64,000 nucleotides of DNA from Krischvirus LF73P4, in sequence record OZ035795.1; one strand, written 5' to 3'. The position numbers and the translations under genes were made by a program. This document shows, piece by piece, positions 24,125-33,999 of the stretch (position 1 is its first letter; every line of letters begins with the position of its first letter). The notes beneath the pieces are model-generated. The model had not been told where the DNA came from. It saw only the letters and a list, made by a program, of their open reading frames with translations, and did not search any database.

Positions 24125-24715
24125 TTACTTTCTAAAAGCAGGGTGCATAGCTTTAATACCTTCCACCCTCTGACGATCCGCCGCCTGAATTGCTGGGCGA
24201 GGAACGATCAGTTGACCATCACGCTCAATGCTCATTGTTTTAAAGGGAAGAATTGCAGTACACACCAGAGATTCATGCATATCATCGGTGTATGTTAACT
24301 CAAGTTCCCCCAATTGTGAACACCAACAACCATAAAAGTTAAAAGTGCACACAATGTTACGTCGTTCGTTGTCCATCATGTGAACTTGAACGGCTTCCGG
24401 CATTGAATCCTTCCACGCAGTGGAGTTACCGTTATTGTAGTCTACTATAGAAAGCATCCATGTGTAAAGGTTTAGATAGCTTTCCAAATGCTCATCGACA
24501 ATAAACCGGACTACCAACGGGTCAAACTCCACATGACTAGACGGATAATCAGCGACCGCCAAACCATATTGACCAGCAACTTGCTTAGTCGGTGGAATGG
24601 TTATAGCCGGAAGTGTAACACCTTGAGCATTTAAAGTAAAGCCTTTTGTTAGTTGTCCATCTGGAATATTGATCTGCCAGTTGCTGGGGTTAGCATAGTT
24701 AAAGAGATTAGACAT
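24125..24715 (-). CDS. hypothetical structural protein (196 aa), downstream of tail fibre genes
   Basis: position in late fibre operon; SD2-like context; no recognisable motif. Confidence 0.4.
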   Translation of the reverse strand: MSNLFNYANPSNWQINIPDGQLTKGFTLNAQGVTLPAITIPPTKQVAGQYGLAVADYPSSHVEFDPLVVRFIVDEHLESYLNLYTWMLSIVDYNNGNSTAWKDSMPEAVQVHMMDNERRNIVCTFNFYGCWCSQLGELELTYTDDMHESLVCTAILPFKTMSIERDGQLIVPRPAIQAADRQRVEGIKAMHPAFRK

Positions 24716-24856
24716 TACTGATTCCTCAAATGAAAATATTTATTAACAATTGTCGCTTTGCGACGTGCCGGAGGCACTGACTACTTTTTAACCGAAACAA
24801 ATTTTCTATTATTCTAAAGATCTTTCTTCGTTTTGGTTATGTTTTAACCAACTGTA

Positions 24857-24886
24857 TAAAAATAAAGCCGACCACGAGGATCGGCT
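24857..24886 (-). terminator. rho-independent terminator (minus strand)
   Basis: AGCCGA/TCGGCT hairpin followed by T-run on minus strand. Confidence 0.6.
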
Positions 24887-24897
24887 TGTTAAAAATG

Positions 24898-26037
24898 TTA
24901 ATCAACATCGAACTCTTTAAAGTTGTTGGATGTGATATGTTTATTGTCTCTAGGTAATTTAAGAAGACTCATAACAGGGTTATCGAAATTGCCGTTATCC
25001 TGAATGTGAGTTGTTCTAATACCGTTAACACCAAATGAAGTAGGACCAGTAGTTTTGACGACTCCACTGATCGGCGTTATTAGTATGTTTCTAATTTTAA
25101 CAATACCTTCATTTGAGTTGGTTGGATATCTGATACAACCAGTGGTAACACTATCAACTCCTTCCGGTACGGTATAGACGGCTTCAAACTTTTCCCATTG
25201 ATCTTTCTGGCTGGCATTATAACGAACGCCAGTTTGATATTGTCCATCAGTGAAGTAGTTGTGATAGAAACGCGCTGTTACGTTGGCTGCGGCTGCGGCA
25301 CTATCACGGAACAATTCAAAGGATATTGATAGTTTGTCACCTGCCTTTATGTTAAAATCTTCAAGTGGTGCGCTGATCTCATCATGAGGCCATTGTATTA
25401 GCTCGAAATGTTCGGCATCTTCGCTAACATATTCAACCGGATAATCTAAAAATCGTTGTGGTGTTCCTGTTATTGCAAGATCGTCTATAGTATCATAAAC
25501 TTTCTCGATCTGTATAGACGAATCTTGACCTTCCCCGTTCGTTGCTTGCATCCCTTCGCACACAATTTTGCCCATTTTAGTAGAATAAATTGCTGCATAG
25601 GATATACGAGGCATTTGCTGTAGCAAAATGTGATTCGGGAATGATACAGATCCCATCTTAGAGAATACAACATCACTTATCGGATCTGCAAACAATTCTC
25701 CATGCGTTGCCATCGCAATGATATAGTCACCTTTCAGCAAAGAGAGATAATCACGCATTGCCAAAACAGCACCGCGACCATAGAATACCTTTTCTTCGTG
25801 TAGTTGTCCAGTTGGAGTAAGAACTTTAAAATTTAGGCCATTTTCATAGCCAGTGCCAACTATCTCCACTCCATTAAATCTAATCCTTGCTGGTTTGGAA
25901 GAATCCGCATTAGATCCGCGCACTTCCAGCTTATACATCACAGAGTTGTTTTCTGAAATGCTTGTAAATGTCGCGGAGTCTTCGTCGAAATGCGCAAACT
26001 TAATTCCAGTATTGCGTAATTCTATCTCTTGTGTCAT
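24898..26037 (-). CDS. putative tail fibre hinge protein (gp35-like by size and position)
   Basis: 379 aa ORF immediately downstream of gp34-like gene; assignment by synteny only. Confidence 0.45.
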   Translation of the reverse strand: MTQEIELRNTGIKFAHFDEDSATFTSISENNSVMYKLEVRGSNADSSKPARIRFNGVEIVGTGYENGLNFKVLTPTGQLHEEKVFYGRGAVLAMRDYLSLLKGDYIIAMATHGELFADPISDVVFSKMGSVSFPNHILLQQMPRISYAAIYSTKMGKIVCEGMQATNGEGQDSSIQIEKVYDTIDDLAITGTPQRFLDYPVEYVSEDAEHFELIQWPHDEISAPLEDFNIKAGDKLSISFELFRDSAAAAANVTARFYHNYFTDGQYQTGVRYNASQKDQWEKFEAVYTVPEGVDSVTTGCIRYPTNSNEGIVKIRNILITPISGVVKTTGPTSFGVNGIRTTHIQDNGNFDNPVMSLLKLPRDNKHITSNNFKEFDVD

Positions 26038-26071
26038 AATAACCCCATAGGGGGGCTTTCGCCCCCTTTAA

Positions 26072-29000
26072 TTAGTCTTCCCAGATAAAATCTACGGTAC
26101 GAGTCAAATTATTGGCAATAATTTTAACATTACCAACCTTGATCCAATCACGAACCGTCATAGAGTTCATCAAACCACCTTCGGCAACCACTGCCCCGAT
26201 TTCCTGAGCGGTAGGCTTGTTCTGTTTGGTGTAAATTTCGCCCCATGCAGTCCATTGACCATCTGTACCGGAACGGATATAATGCTTATGAGTACCATCA
26301 GGCGACCAGATTTGGGTAAGGCCGTTTTCATCAGTACCCCATTGCATCAATGTACCATTTTTCTTTTCTGGGTAGGTTTCTTTGATGTTTTGGGTAGTAA
26401 CTCGCATATTCCAGAAACCGATGTTACCGATTGCCGGAGCGGTTGCCGCGCTAGCTTCATGCTTAACAGAAACAATAGGCGCATTATCCATAGTCAGCTT
26501 ACCGACCATTGTATCGCCAGCATTCTTAACAAACTGACGGTTAAGAACTTCGTCAGCGTTTCCTGCGTGTACGATCTGATATTTCTGTCCGGCGATCTCT
26601 GTAGTTAACGTTTGATGACCTGCCTTGATGTTAACACTTCCACCGTGACCGATATTCAGCATACCATCAGAGGAACGAGTCATCGCCGGATTAGACTGAT
26701 CAACAATGTACAAACCGCCTTGTTTCGCATACAGGTTACGACCTGCAATAAAGTCTCTATAGGCTAACGCATCGCCGTCATGTTCCATAGCAAAGGAGTA
26801 ATGCTCGACGACTCCACCATCACTGATTTTACCGAAAGCGATAGCATCACTATCAACGACTTGCGCTGTTCCAGTACCACCAACGATAATAGACCATGAG
26901 TTTTCCATACCTTCCGATGCGGTTGTGCCATGCAGAGTAATTCCGGTGTGACCGTCAACTCCACGCTCACCCAACACCAGATGACCATTACTCGGATCAT
27001 CAGTAGAGTTCTTAGTCACAGACAGAGTTTCAAAGGAACCAGATTTTAAGCACTCTAAATCGCCCTTCACGTTAACGTTTTTATTAAACGTGTAATTGCT
27101 CTCTATGATCTGGTCAATGTCTCTACGCGCCCATTTAGCGGCCTCTACGTTACCCAATTTCAAACTATTCTGAGCGGTTGCCATCTTAGGTAAGAAATTA
27201 GCAAGTGCGTAGTTTAATCCTTTCGGAGTAACAGCAATTCCGTCATGCTGGTAGTTTCCTAGTTCTTGAGTAGAACCTTGCAGATTATCACCAACAAAAC
27301 AGTTTTCCTGAGTAGCAACTTTCAAGAATCCACGACGCGCTTCGGTTGCTTTCCATGTATCCTCTGTCTGAACAACATATTTGAAGTTCTTCGGAGAAAT
27401 TGCTACATTAGCCAGTGTACCAGCCACGGTTTCGGCTTGAGTACCAACTCGGATAATACCTTCTTTACCTTCGGTGGCTTTTTTGCCTTGCAGCTTTTTA
27501 GGCGTGATGATTGTAGTATCATCTTGACCAGCGTCAGTAAGCTGACTAGTTGCAACTTTCGCGACACCTTTTGTATCTTCGGTTGCATCAAGACCACTGA
27601 TCATGATACCCTGCCACAAGTCACCAGTAAGGTTAAGTCCTTGAGTCGGATCTACTTTCAAACGCTGTGCGTTCTCAAAGAAGGTTTTAATCTTCAATGG
27701 AGTAGAAATGCGAGCGTCGTCACGACCTGCGTCAAATTCCGGTTGAGTTGCAATTTCTGCTAAACCATGTAAAGTTTCCGTAGCACGGCGAGTATGCAGT
27801 TTTTTAGGTGTGATAATATGGTTATCACTTTGGCCTAAGTTAGTTTCTTCCTGCGTAGCAATTTCAGCGATACCAGTACGGGATTCGGTAGCAGTACGCT
27901 TGGTTAACGTGCGAGTAGTGATCAGCAATGCATCTTGCGGGGTTGATTCAGTAGCCCCTTGCACTTCCGCGTCAGTTGCCAGATACCCAACACCACGAGA
28001 AGTTTCAGTAGCTTTAACTTCGTTGATGTTTTGCGGAGTAACGATTTTAGCGTGGTCGTTGATGTTATAGATCCCTGTACCAGCTTCACCCCTTAGAGCG
28101 GCAGCATTACCGCCTACCTGAACAATTTCAGCGATACCAGCAAGATCCTCTGACGCTCGACGCTCTTCTAACTTCTTAGGAGTGATTGCGCGAGTATCGT
28201 CTAAACCTTCGTTGGTTTCATGTTGAGTTGCAATTTCCATCACACCACGACGGTCTTCGGTAGCAACACAGTCATTTAACTTTTTAGGTGTAACGATAAC
28301 ATCATCCAGGAAGCTGGAACCAGTATCTTGATGCGTTTCCGCTTGAGTTGCAATGCGAGCAATACCGCGTCGAGTTTCGTTGGCTGTTTTATTAGCCAGA
28401 ACCTTTGGAGTCACCGCAACTTCGTCGCTAGGATTATCTTCATGGTTTTTGTTTGTTTCATCCTGGGTAGCCAGTGCAATTACACCAACACGATCTTTAC
28501 GTGTAGGATCTACTCGTTCTACAATCGGGTGAGCATGTGCAACCAACCAGTATTTCTTACCATCATCACCTTCTGAATAAGAGAACTCCAGATAAGGTAC
28601 ATAATCATTTGCAGCGTTGAAAGACAATTCAGACACTCCCGTCCATGTATCGGTCCCATTGAATGGGTACTCGCTACGCTTAGGAAACTGAACCATGTTT
28701 TTCTGCATAAGGATTTTTGTATCCTCTTCTGAGGTAACGATTCGGCAAGTCTGGTTTCCGTGCATATACTGCATAGAAACTTGGATACGATCACCCGGCT
28801 CGACATTGGTCGGTAAAGTCAAGGTAACATCACGATCACCAAATACTGCAACATAGCTATTAGGGGATAAGCGAGTATCACTAATGATAGGATTCAAGCG
28901 AACAGACTGATCGCCATCCCACAAACGCCATAAGTTTTCCGGTTTGTCAAAGATGAATACACCATGACCGCTACGCTTACCAACAATTTCTTTTACCCCG

Positions 29001-29812
29001 AAAGTACCGATCGATTGTTCTTGCGCACCTTCATGTACTTTTACTGTAACATGGTTGGTTGCAGTCAATCCGTCAAGATCGGTAGTCTGGATCATATCAC
29101 CGTTATTAGCAAACTTAGGAAGCATCAAAACAATGTTACCTAAAGAACTACGACGGAATACCTGATCACCGTTTTGCATCTGAATCGGATCAATAGATGG
29201 CTGTGCATATACCCCGCGCGGCTCCGTTCCCGTCTGGTAAACGTGCCAGCGATTGCGAACAAAAATGAAGTAGTTCATTGCATAAGGGGTAGTACAATAC
29301 CATTTGCGGTTGTTTACCACACCGTTATGATAGAACTCATGACCAGCCGCAAGGAACGATAACTCATTAACACCGCACTTGCCACCGATATCTTTTACTG
29401 TTATAGTGTCGCCCTCTGCCGGATTAGTAGGCATTGAGAATGTCAAGTTTGCAAACTGACAGTCCGCTGCGATATAATCACCGGACTTTAAAGGAGTATC
29501 GCCGGAAGTTGCTGCAACATAATCCCAACGTGGGTCCGTGCGCAGTGCTTGCCATTTAGTCGGGTCAAAGTCACCTGCTGGTTTTGCGATATCTTCTTTT
29601 GCATAATACGGACGGTTTTGATAGATTGTAGTTCCGTATTGATCATAACCGCGAGTTGTGTCATACTGAGTAATACCATTATGGTAATTGAAAAATTCAA
29701 CGTTGACCGCATCCGTTGATGTGTTTTTATCTGCGTATGCTACATTGACGACCTTTTCATTACCAGCGTCAAAGCCAAATGTGGCCTTGAAATGTTGAGA
29801 AAAATCTGCCAT
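26072..29812 (-). CDS. 34: long tail fibre proximal subunit (T4 gp34-like)
   Basis: KPAGDFDPTKWQALRTD, VQFPKRSEYP, RISTPLKIKT and repeated ATE..G.AEIATQ...ITPKKL fibre repeats match T4 gp34. Confidence 0.9.
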   Translation of the reverse strand: MADFSQHFKATFGFDAGNEKVVNVAYADKNTSTDAVNVEFFNYHNGITQYDTTRGYDQYGTTIYQNRPYYAKEDIAKPAGDFDPTKWQALRTDPRWDYVAATSGDTPLKSGDYIAADCQFANLTFSMPTNPAEGDTITVKDIGGKCGVNELSFLAAGHEFYHNGVVNNRKWYCTTPYAMNYFIFVRNRWHVYQTGTEPRGVYAQPSIDPIQMQNGDQVFRRSSLGNIVLMLPKFANNGDMIQTTDLDGLTATNHVTVKVHEGAQEQSIGTFGVKEIVGKRSGHGVFIFDKPENLWRLWDGDQSVRLNPIISDTRLSPNSYVAVFGDRDVTLTLPTNVEPGDRIQVSMQYMHGNQTCRIVTSEEDTKILMQKNMVQFPKRSEYPFNGTDTWTGVSELSFNAANDYVPYLEFSYSEGDDGKKYWLVAHAHPIVERVDPTRKDRVGVIALATQDETNKNHEDNPSDEVAVTPKVLANKTANETRRGIARIATQAETHQDTGSSFLDDVIVTPKKLNDCVATEDRRGVMEIATQHETNEGLDDTRAITPKKLEERRASEDLAGIAEIVQVGGNAAALRGEAGTGIYNINDHAKIVTPQNINEVKATETSRGVGYLATDAEVQGATESTPQDALLITTRTLTKRTATESRTGIAEIATQEETNLGQSDNHIITPKKLHTRRATETLHGLAEIATQPEFDAGRDDARISTPLKIKTFFENAQRLKVDPTQGLNLTGDLWQGIMISGLDATEDTKGVAKVATSQLTDAGQDDTTIITPKKLQGKKATEGKEGIIRVGTQAETVAGTLANVAISPKNFKYVVQTEDTWKATEARRGFLKVATQENCFVGDNLQGSTQELGNYQHDGIAVTPKGLNYALANFLPKMATAQNSLKLGNVEAAKWARRDIDQIIESNYTFNKNVNVKGDLECLKSGSFETLSVTKNSTDDPSNGHLVLGERGVDGHTGITLHGTTASEGMENSWSIIVGGTGTAQVVDSDAIAFGKISDGGVVEHYSFAMEHDGDALAYRDFIAGRNLYAKQGGLYIVDQSNPAMTRSSDGMLNIGHGGSVNIKAGHQTLTTEIAGQKYQIVHAGNADEVLNRQFVKNAGDTMVGKLTMDNAPIVSVKHEASAATAPAIGNIGFWNMRVTTQNIKETYPEKKNGTLMQWGTDENGLTQIWSPDGTHKHYIRSGTDGQWTAWGEIYTKQNKPTAQEIGAVVAEGGLMNSMTVRDWIKVGNVKIIANNLTRTVDFIWED

Positions 29813-29840
29813 TATTGGGTCTCCTTTTATAGTATGTTCA

Positions 29841-29848
29841 TATTTATA
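29841..29848 (-). promoter_or_regulatory. T4-type late promoter motif TATAAATA (minus strand)
   Basis: exact TATAAATA about 29 nt upstream of the gp34 start codon. Confidence 0.55.
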
Positions 29849-29886
29849 AAATAAGGCTTGATAGAAACAAAAGAGGATGATATATT

Positions 29887-30072
29887 ATGGTTAAAGTTGA
29901 TTTGTCAGACGGTGCAAAATGGGTAGTTGACCGAATCCCTGATAAGGATTACAATTATTTTCGCGCAGAACTAAACAATGCAATTCTGCGAGTTATGGAG
30001 AAATACGGGTATGATCGTGAAGTATCTAGCTCGTTTGATGAGTCTGTTGTTGTGAGAGTGGAGAGAACTTAA
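29887..30072 (+). CDS. hypothetical protein (61 aa)
   Basis: ATG 29887 with SD2-like AAGAGGATGATATATT-ATG. Confidence 0.5.
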   Translation: MVKVDLSDGAKWVVDRIPDKDYNYFRAELNNAILRVMEKYGYDREVSSSFDESVVVRVERT

Positions 30073-30074
30073 TT

Positions 30075-31022
30075 ATGACGTATAACCCGTTTACAAAAAC
30101 TACCGCTACACTTAATGATTTCTTTGATGATCCAGAAGATAAACTGCCGGAAGGTGTGCATTTGATTGATATGTCGCAGCTTATGATTGCTACTATCTCG
30201 CATACCTTTAAACCGGAAGATCCTATTAATGAAGGCATGATCCGTCATCTTATTCTTGACACCATGCGTTATAATATGACAAAATTCAAAGATCAATACC
30301 CAATCACGGTACTTGCTTTTGATTCAAGCAAAGGTTACTGGCGACGTGATATCGCACCTTACTATAAACGCAACCGTAAGGAAAAACGAGACGCAGATCC
30401 GCGTGATTGGGAGATGATCTTTGCTGCGATCAATAAGATCACCGAAGAGTTTAAAGAGAACATGCCTTATCACGTTATTAAGGTTGACAAAGTTGAAGCA
30501 GATGATATAATCGCTGTGTTAACTAAAAAGTTTTCTGTAGAAGGTCGTAAGGTGCTAATCAACTCCGGCGATGGTGACTACACACAGTTGCACAAATACA
30601 AAAATGTGAAACAGTGGGCGCCAGTACAGAAAGCATGGAAGAAATGCAAATATGGTAGCCCTTACAAAGACCTTATGGTAAAATGTGTTAAGGGTGACGC
30701 AAAAGACGGTGTGGCTTCTGTCAAGTGTCGTAGTGATTTCATTATCTCTCGACTGGAAGGGGAACGAGCTAAACCAGTTCCAACCAAATGGTTGGAGCAA
30801 ATTTTCGATGCCGATGATCCAAAGTCTTTGATGACAGAGGAAGAAGCACGACGATTTGACGAAAACCGCGAACTTATTGATTTCGATTACATCCCAGATG
30901 ATATTCAGAATCAGATTCTGGAGTCATGGGAAAAATCTAAACCAGCACCACGCGGTAAAATTTATAACTATTTTGTAACAAATGCGTTAGTTAAAATGTT
31001 GCAGAAAATTAGTGAGTTCTAA
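30075..31022 (+). CDS. rnh: RNase H / 5'-3' exonuclease (T4 rnh-like FEN)
   Basis: KGYWRRDIAPYYKRNR, EADDIIAVL, SGDGDYTQLHKYKNVKQW and C-terminal PRGKIYNYFV match T4 RNase H. Confidence 0.9.
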   Translation: MTYNPFTKTTATLNDFFDDPEDKLPEGVHLIDMSQLMIATISHTFKPEDPINEGMIRHLILDTMRYNMTKFKDQYPITVLAFDSSKGYWRRDIAPYYKRNRKEKRDADPRDWEMIFAAINKITEEFKENMPYHVIKVDKVEADDIIAVLTKKFSVEGRKVLINSGDGDYTQLHKYKNVKQWAPVQKAWKKCKYGSPYKDLMVKCVKGDAKDGVASVKCRSDFIISRLEGERAKPVPTKWLEQIFDADDPKSLMTEEEARRFDENRELIDFDYIPDDIQNQILESWEKSKPAPRGKIYNYFVTNALVKMLQKISEF

Positions 31023-31032
31023 GGGTTGACAT

Positions 31033-31632
31033 ATGAAAGAACTTGAATTAAAATACTATGCACACTCACAAATTGGCGTCGAAACCATCTGTGATTTGTG
31101 GGTGGCAATGTATGACGGATACAATCTCTTAGACCGAGATAACATTCTAAAACACGAATTTTATTATGATACCGAAGATCATGCGCTACGTCAAAAAGGA
31201 ATTTATGCACGACTTGACTGTCGAAAATCAGAGATCATGGTCAAAATGGGTGATAATGAATCTGGACTATTCAACCGCGAGGAAATGACATTTTCAAATT
31301 GGGATGAGTTTGTCCATTTTATTGATAGTATAGGGGTAAACTCAGACTATATCACTACAACAATGCAAGTAATGACATATCGCAAGTCATTGACTATAGA
31401 TATGGGTTGTGGTATAGTGGAAATGTGCAAAGACACTTTCTATTATGGCAAAGTAGGCGAAGGATTGGGCGACACTGCTCATTATGAACTTGAGTTCGAG
31501 TTAAAATCAGGTGATGAAAAAGCACTTGACATTATCCGAGAAATGATGCTAGAATATGTGGGTGACGATTTACGTCCTAGCGAAATCTCAAAAGCTGAAC
31601 GTGGTTTTCAATTAATGACGAAAGAGGGTTAA
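31033..31632 (+). CDS. CYTH-domain protein (triphosphate tunnel metalloenzyme-like)
   Basis: N-terminal ELELK (ExExK), YYDTEDHALRQKGIYARLDCRK and C-terminal HYELEFELK (ExExE) signatures. Confidence 0.55.
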   Translation: MKELELKYYAHSQIGVETICDLWVAMYDGYNLLDRDNILKHEFYYDTEDHALRQKGIYARLDCRKSEIMVKMGDNESGLFNREEMTFSNWDEFVHFIDSIGVNSDYITTTMQVMTYRKSLTIDMGCGIVEMCKDTFYYGKVGEGLGDTAHYELEFELKSGDEKALDIIREMMLEYVGDDLRPSEISKAERGFQLMTKEG

Positions 31633-31636
31633 TATT

Positions 31637-31912
31637 ATGACTGAACAGAAAAAAGAAAAAGTAGTATTTGACGAAAATGTACACGGAAATACCCTGGCAC
31701 AACTGATTAAAGAAGCCAGCGATCAGAAAACCATTCAAGAAGCATACGGCGATAAGATCAAAGAGATCAAACAGCGTGCTAAAGAAGAATTAGGCGTAGA
31801 CGGTAAAATGTGGGGCATTCTGTTTAAACTGTATCACCAGCAACAGCGCGAAACCTTCGAAGCAGAACGCGATGAAGCGGTAGAACTCTATGATCGGGTG
31901 TTCAATGCTTAA
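31637..31912 (+). CDS. hypothetical protein (91 aa); position corresponds to T4 dsbA/33 region
   Basis: SD2-like AAGAGGGTTAATATT-ATG; synteny only. Confidence 0.5.
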   Translation: MTEQKKEKVVFDENVHGNTLAQLIKEASDQKTIQEAYGDKIKEIKQRAKEELGVDGKMWGILFKLYHQQQRETFEAERDEAVELYDRVFNA

Positions 31913-32159
31913 TGAACATGCGGTAAAAGCCGCGAATAAAACAGCAAACGGTCTTGCAATCGAAAAACTGGTTGTTGAAGAGGGATTGACTTATCTTGAA
32001 GCGACCACTCAGTTTGTAGAGGAAAACTCTATCGAATATGGTCACTATCAGAAATATATTCCGGTGTCCATTATTGACAAGATCACACAAGAATGTATAG
32101 TAAATAGAACGCTCAGGAAGGGAGTGATCGACGAACCGACCAACACTCTCGATATTTAA
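31890..32159 (+). CDS. hypothetical protein (about 85 aa); possible late-transcription accessory protein by position
   Basis: ORF track; start may be ATG 31905; synteny between rnh and gene 59. Confidence 0.45.
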   Translation: MIGCSMLNEHAVKAANKTANGLAIEKLVVEEGLTYLEATTQFVEENSIEYGHYQKYIPVSIIDKITQECIVNRTLRKGVIDEPTNTLDI

Positions 32160-32168
32160 GGGGTATGT

Positions 32169-32849
32169 ATGATCAGAAACCGTCTTCCTCCAGATCCAGA
32201 TATGCGAATTAATGCTAAATCTGTGTATATGTTATATTGCATGATGAAAGCTCACATGAACGGGCGTTATGATTGCGTAAAATACAATTGGAGGATGCGG
32301 TTGTCTGATGCCGCATTCAATAAACGCAGAGATAAGTATTATTTCGCAAAATTAGCGGAAAAGTACAATCTAAGAGAATTATACTTCCTATTCCTAAGCA
32401 ATCTGGTAGCTAATACCGATGCATGGGTAGGTGAAATCACTGATGTTGACGCATACGGCTTTTATATGGAATACATAGGAAAGATAACCGATGCAGCAAC
32501 ACGATTTGACGATGACATTAAAAGTCTGGTATACTTCTCCGAGAAACGCGGGGTTACTCTTAAAGAGCTAATTACATACAATCCCACAACCGAAACAAGC
32601 GGTATCTTTAAACTACTGCAAAATCGGATTATATCGTTTGAGTCGTTTATGTTGTTAGATAGCTTTCTAAATATAATCGACGAACACGACAAGGTAGCCA
32701 AAGACTTGATTTGGCAAACTTATAGTGTTAAAATGAAGGCGTACAAGAAACTACTTGTTATTGACGCCGCAAAAGCAAGAGCATTATTTGTTAAAGTAGT
32801 TAAAGAGTGTAAAGAAATATCTCAATTAAAAGCCGAAACAAATAGTTGA
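32169..32849 (+). CDS. 59: helicase loader (T4 gp59-like)
   Basis: KSVYMLYCMMKAHMNGRYDCVKYNWRMRLSDAAFNKRRDKYYF and ISFESFMLLDSFLNIIDEHD closely match T4 gp59. Confidence 0.85.
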   Translation: MIRNRLPPDPDMRINAKSVYMLYCMMKAHMNGRYDCVKYNWRMRLSDAAFNKRRDKYYFAKLAEKYNLRELYFLFLSNLVANTDAWVGEITDVDAYGFYMEYIGKITDAATRFDDDIKSLVYFSEKRGVTLKELITYNPTTETSGIFKLLQNRIISFESFMLLDSFLNIIDEHDKVAKDLIWQTYSVKMKAYKKLLVIDAAKARALFVKVVKECKEISQLKAETNS

Positions 32850-32873
32850 CAAGTAAATTTAAATCTGTATAAT
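32846..32873 (+). promoter_or_regulatory. sigma70-type promoter
   Basis: TTGACA (32846-32851), 16-nt spacer, TATAAT (32868-32873). Confidence 0.6.
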
Positions 32874-32903
32874 AGTCTAGTAAATTAATCAAAAGAAGGA
32901 ATA

Positions 32904-33878
32904 GTGAATATGTTTAAACGCCAAGATTCTTCCAAACTGCAAGCTCAACTGGCCTCACTGAAAGGTGGCAACGGTTTCTCCAAAGAAGATCCGAAAGAGT
33001 GGAAGATTAAGACTGATGCAGCAGGTAACGGTGAAGCCCTGATTCGCTTCCTGCCGTCTAAGACAGAAGACGGTCTGCCGATTGTGAAACTGGTAAACCA
33101 TTCCTTCAAAGTTAATGGCAAATGGTATTGGGAAAACTGCTCCAGCACCCACGGTGATTTTGATTCTTGCCCTGTGTGCAAATATATTAACGAAAAAGAC
33201 CTGTACAATACCGATAAAACCGAATGGCAACTGATTAAGCGTAAAGCGTCTTACTACGCAAACATTCTGGTACTGAAAGATCCTCAAGCACCAGAAAATG
33301 AAGGTAAGGTATTCAAATTCCGCTTCGGTCAGAAAATTTATGATAAGATCGTTGCAATGGTGAACGTGAATACCGATATGGGCGAAGTTCCGGTAGATGT
33401 AACTTGTGTGTTCTCCGGTGCTAACTTCCTCCTGAAAGCTAAGAAGGTTGATAAACACCAGAACTATGATGATTCTCGTTTCATGCAGCAATCACAGCTT
33501 CCGAAAATTGAAGACGAAGCATATCAGAAATATCTGATGGAAAACATGGTTGATCTGGGTGAGATTGTAGCGCCTAGCCAGTTTAAACCGTTCGATGAAC
33601 TGGAAACCAAATTTAAGAAAACTATGGGCGTTTCTATGGTAGCTGGTGCTGCGGCTTCCAGTGCTGCGGCAGCGATTAACAGTCAGCTTGACGATTTTGA
33701 CGCACAGATGAATGCATTCGACTCTGGTATTACCGCAGCTAGCACTGTAGTTGGTATTAACGCAGCTAGCACGGCGTTAGATTCTTCCGCTGATGACCTG
33801 ATGGCATCGCTGGATCTGGGTGGCGGTACTTCCTCCGCTTCTGATCTGGATGACCTGGACTCACTTCTGAATCTGTAA
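32904..33878 (+). CDS. 32: single-stranded DNA-binding protein (T4 gp32-like)
   Basis: [40 protein letters not shown] zinc-binding segment match T4 gp32. Confidence 0.9.
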   Translation: MNMFKRQDSSKLQAQLASLKGGNGFSKEDPKEWKIKTDAAGNGEALIRFLPSKTEDGLPIVKLVNHSFKVNGKWYWENCSSTHGDFDSCPVCKYINEKDLYNTDKTEWQLIKRKASYYANILVLKDPQAPENEGKVFKFRFGQKIYDKIVAMVNVNTDMGEVPVDVTCVFSGANFLLKAKKVDKHQNYDDSRFMQQSQLPKIEDEAYQKYLMENMVDLGEIVAPSQFKPFDELETKFKKTMGVSMVAGAAASSAAAAINSQLDDFDAQMNAFDSGITAASTVVGINAASTALDSSADDLMASLDLGGGTSSASDLDDLDSLLNL

Positions 33879-33888
33879 TGAATTTTTA

Positions 33889-33914
33889 AAGCCTTCCTTC
33901 GGGGAGGCTTTTTA
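33889..33914 (+). terminator. rho-independent terminator
   Basis: AGCCTTCC-TTCG-GGGAGGCT hairpin followed by TTTTTA. Confidence 0.65.
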
Positions 33915-33939
33915 TTGCCTAAAATTTTATGAAAAAGGT

Positions 33940-33967
33940 GTTGACATGCTGATGTGGTAATGTATAA
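33940..33967 (+). promoter_or_regulatory. sigma70-type early promoter
   Basis: TTGACA (33940-33945), 16-nt spacer, TATAAT (33962-33967), conserved CATCGAAAC leader. Confidence 0.65.
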
Positions 33968-33999
33968 TACACACATCGAAACAAAGAGAGGATTATATT

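Noticed and set aside
26046-26066. GGGGGC-TTTC-GCCCCC hairpin between the gp34-like and gp35-like genes as a terminator
   Set aside because: On the transcribed (minus) strand it is not followed by a U-tract, and the downstream gene appears co-transcribed. It may be an RNA stability or translational element, but a terminator call is not supported.
26255-29362. ORFs on both strands inside the tail fibre gene (26255-26608, 27266-27763, 27403-27597, 27810-28070, 28328-28576, 28519-28806, 29174-29362 and similar)
   Set aside because: They are contained within the 1246-codon gp34-like ORF, whose homology spans its whole length. These are alternative-frame artefacts.
32945-33976. Minus-strand ORFs overlapping gp32 (32945-33208, 32955-33491, 33683-33976)
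   Set aside because: They are antisense to the gp32 gene, which has strong homology support, and lack start signals.
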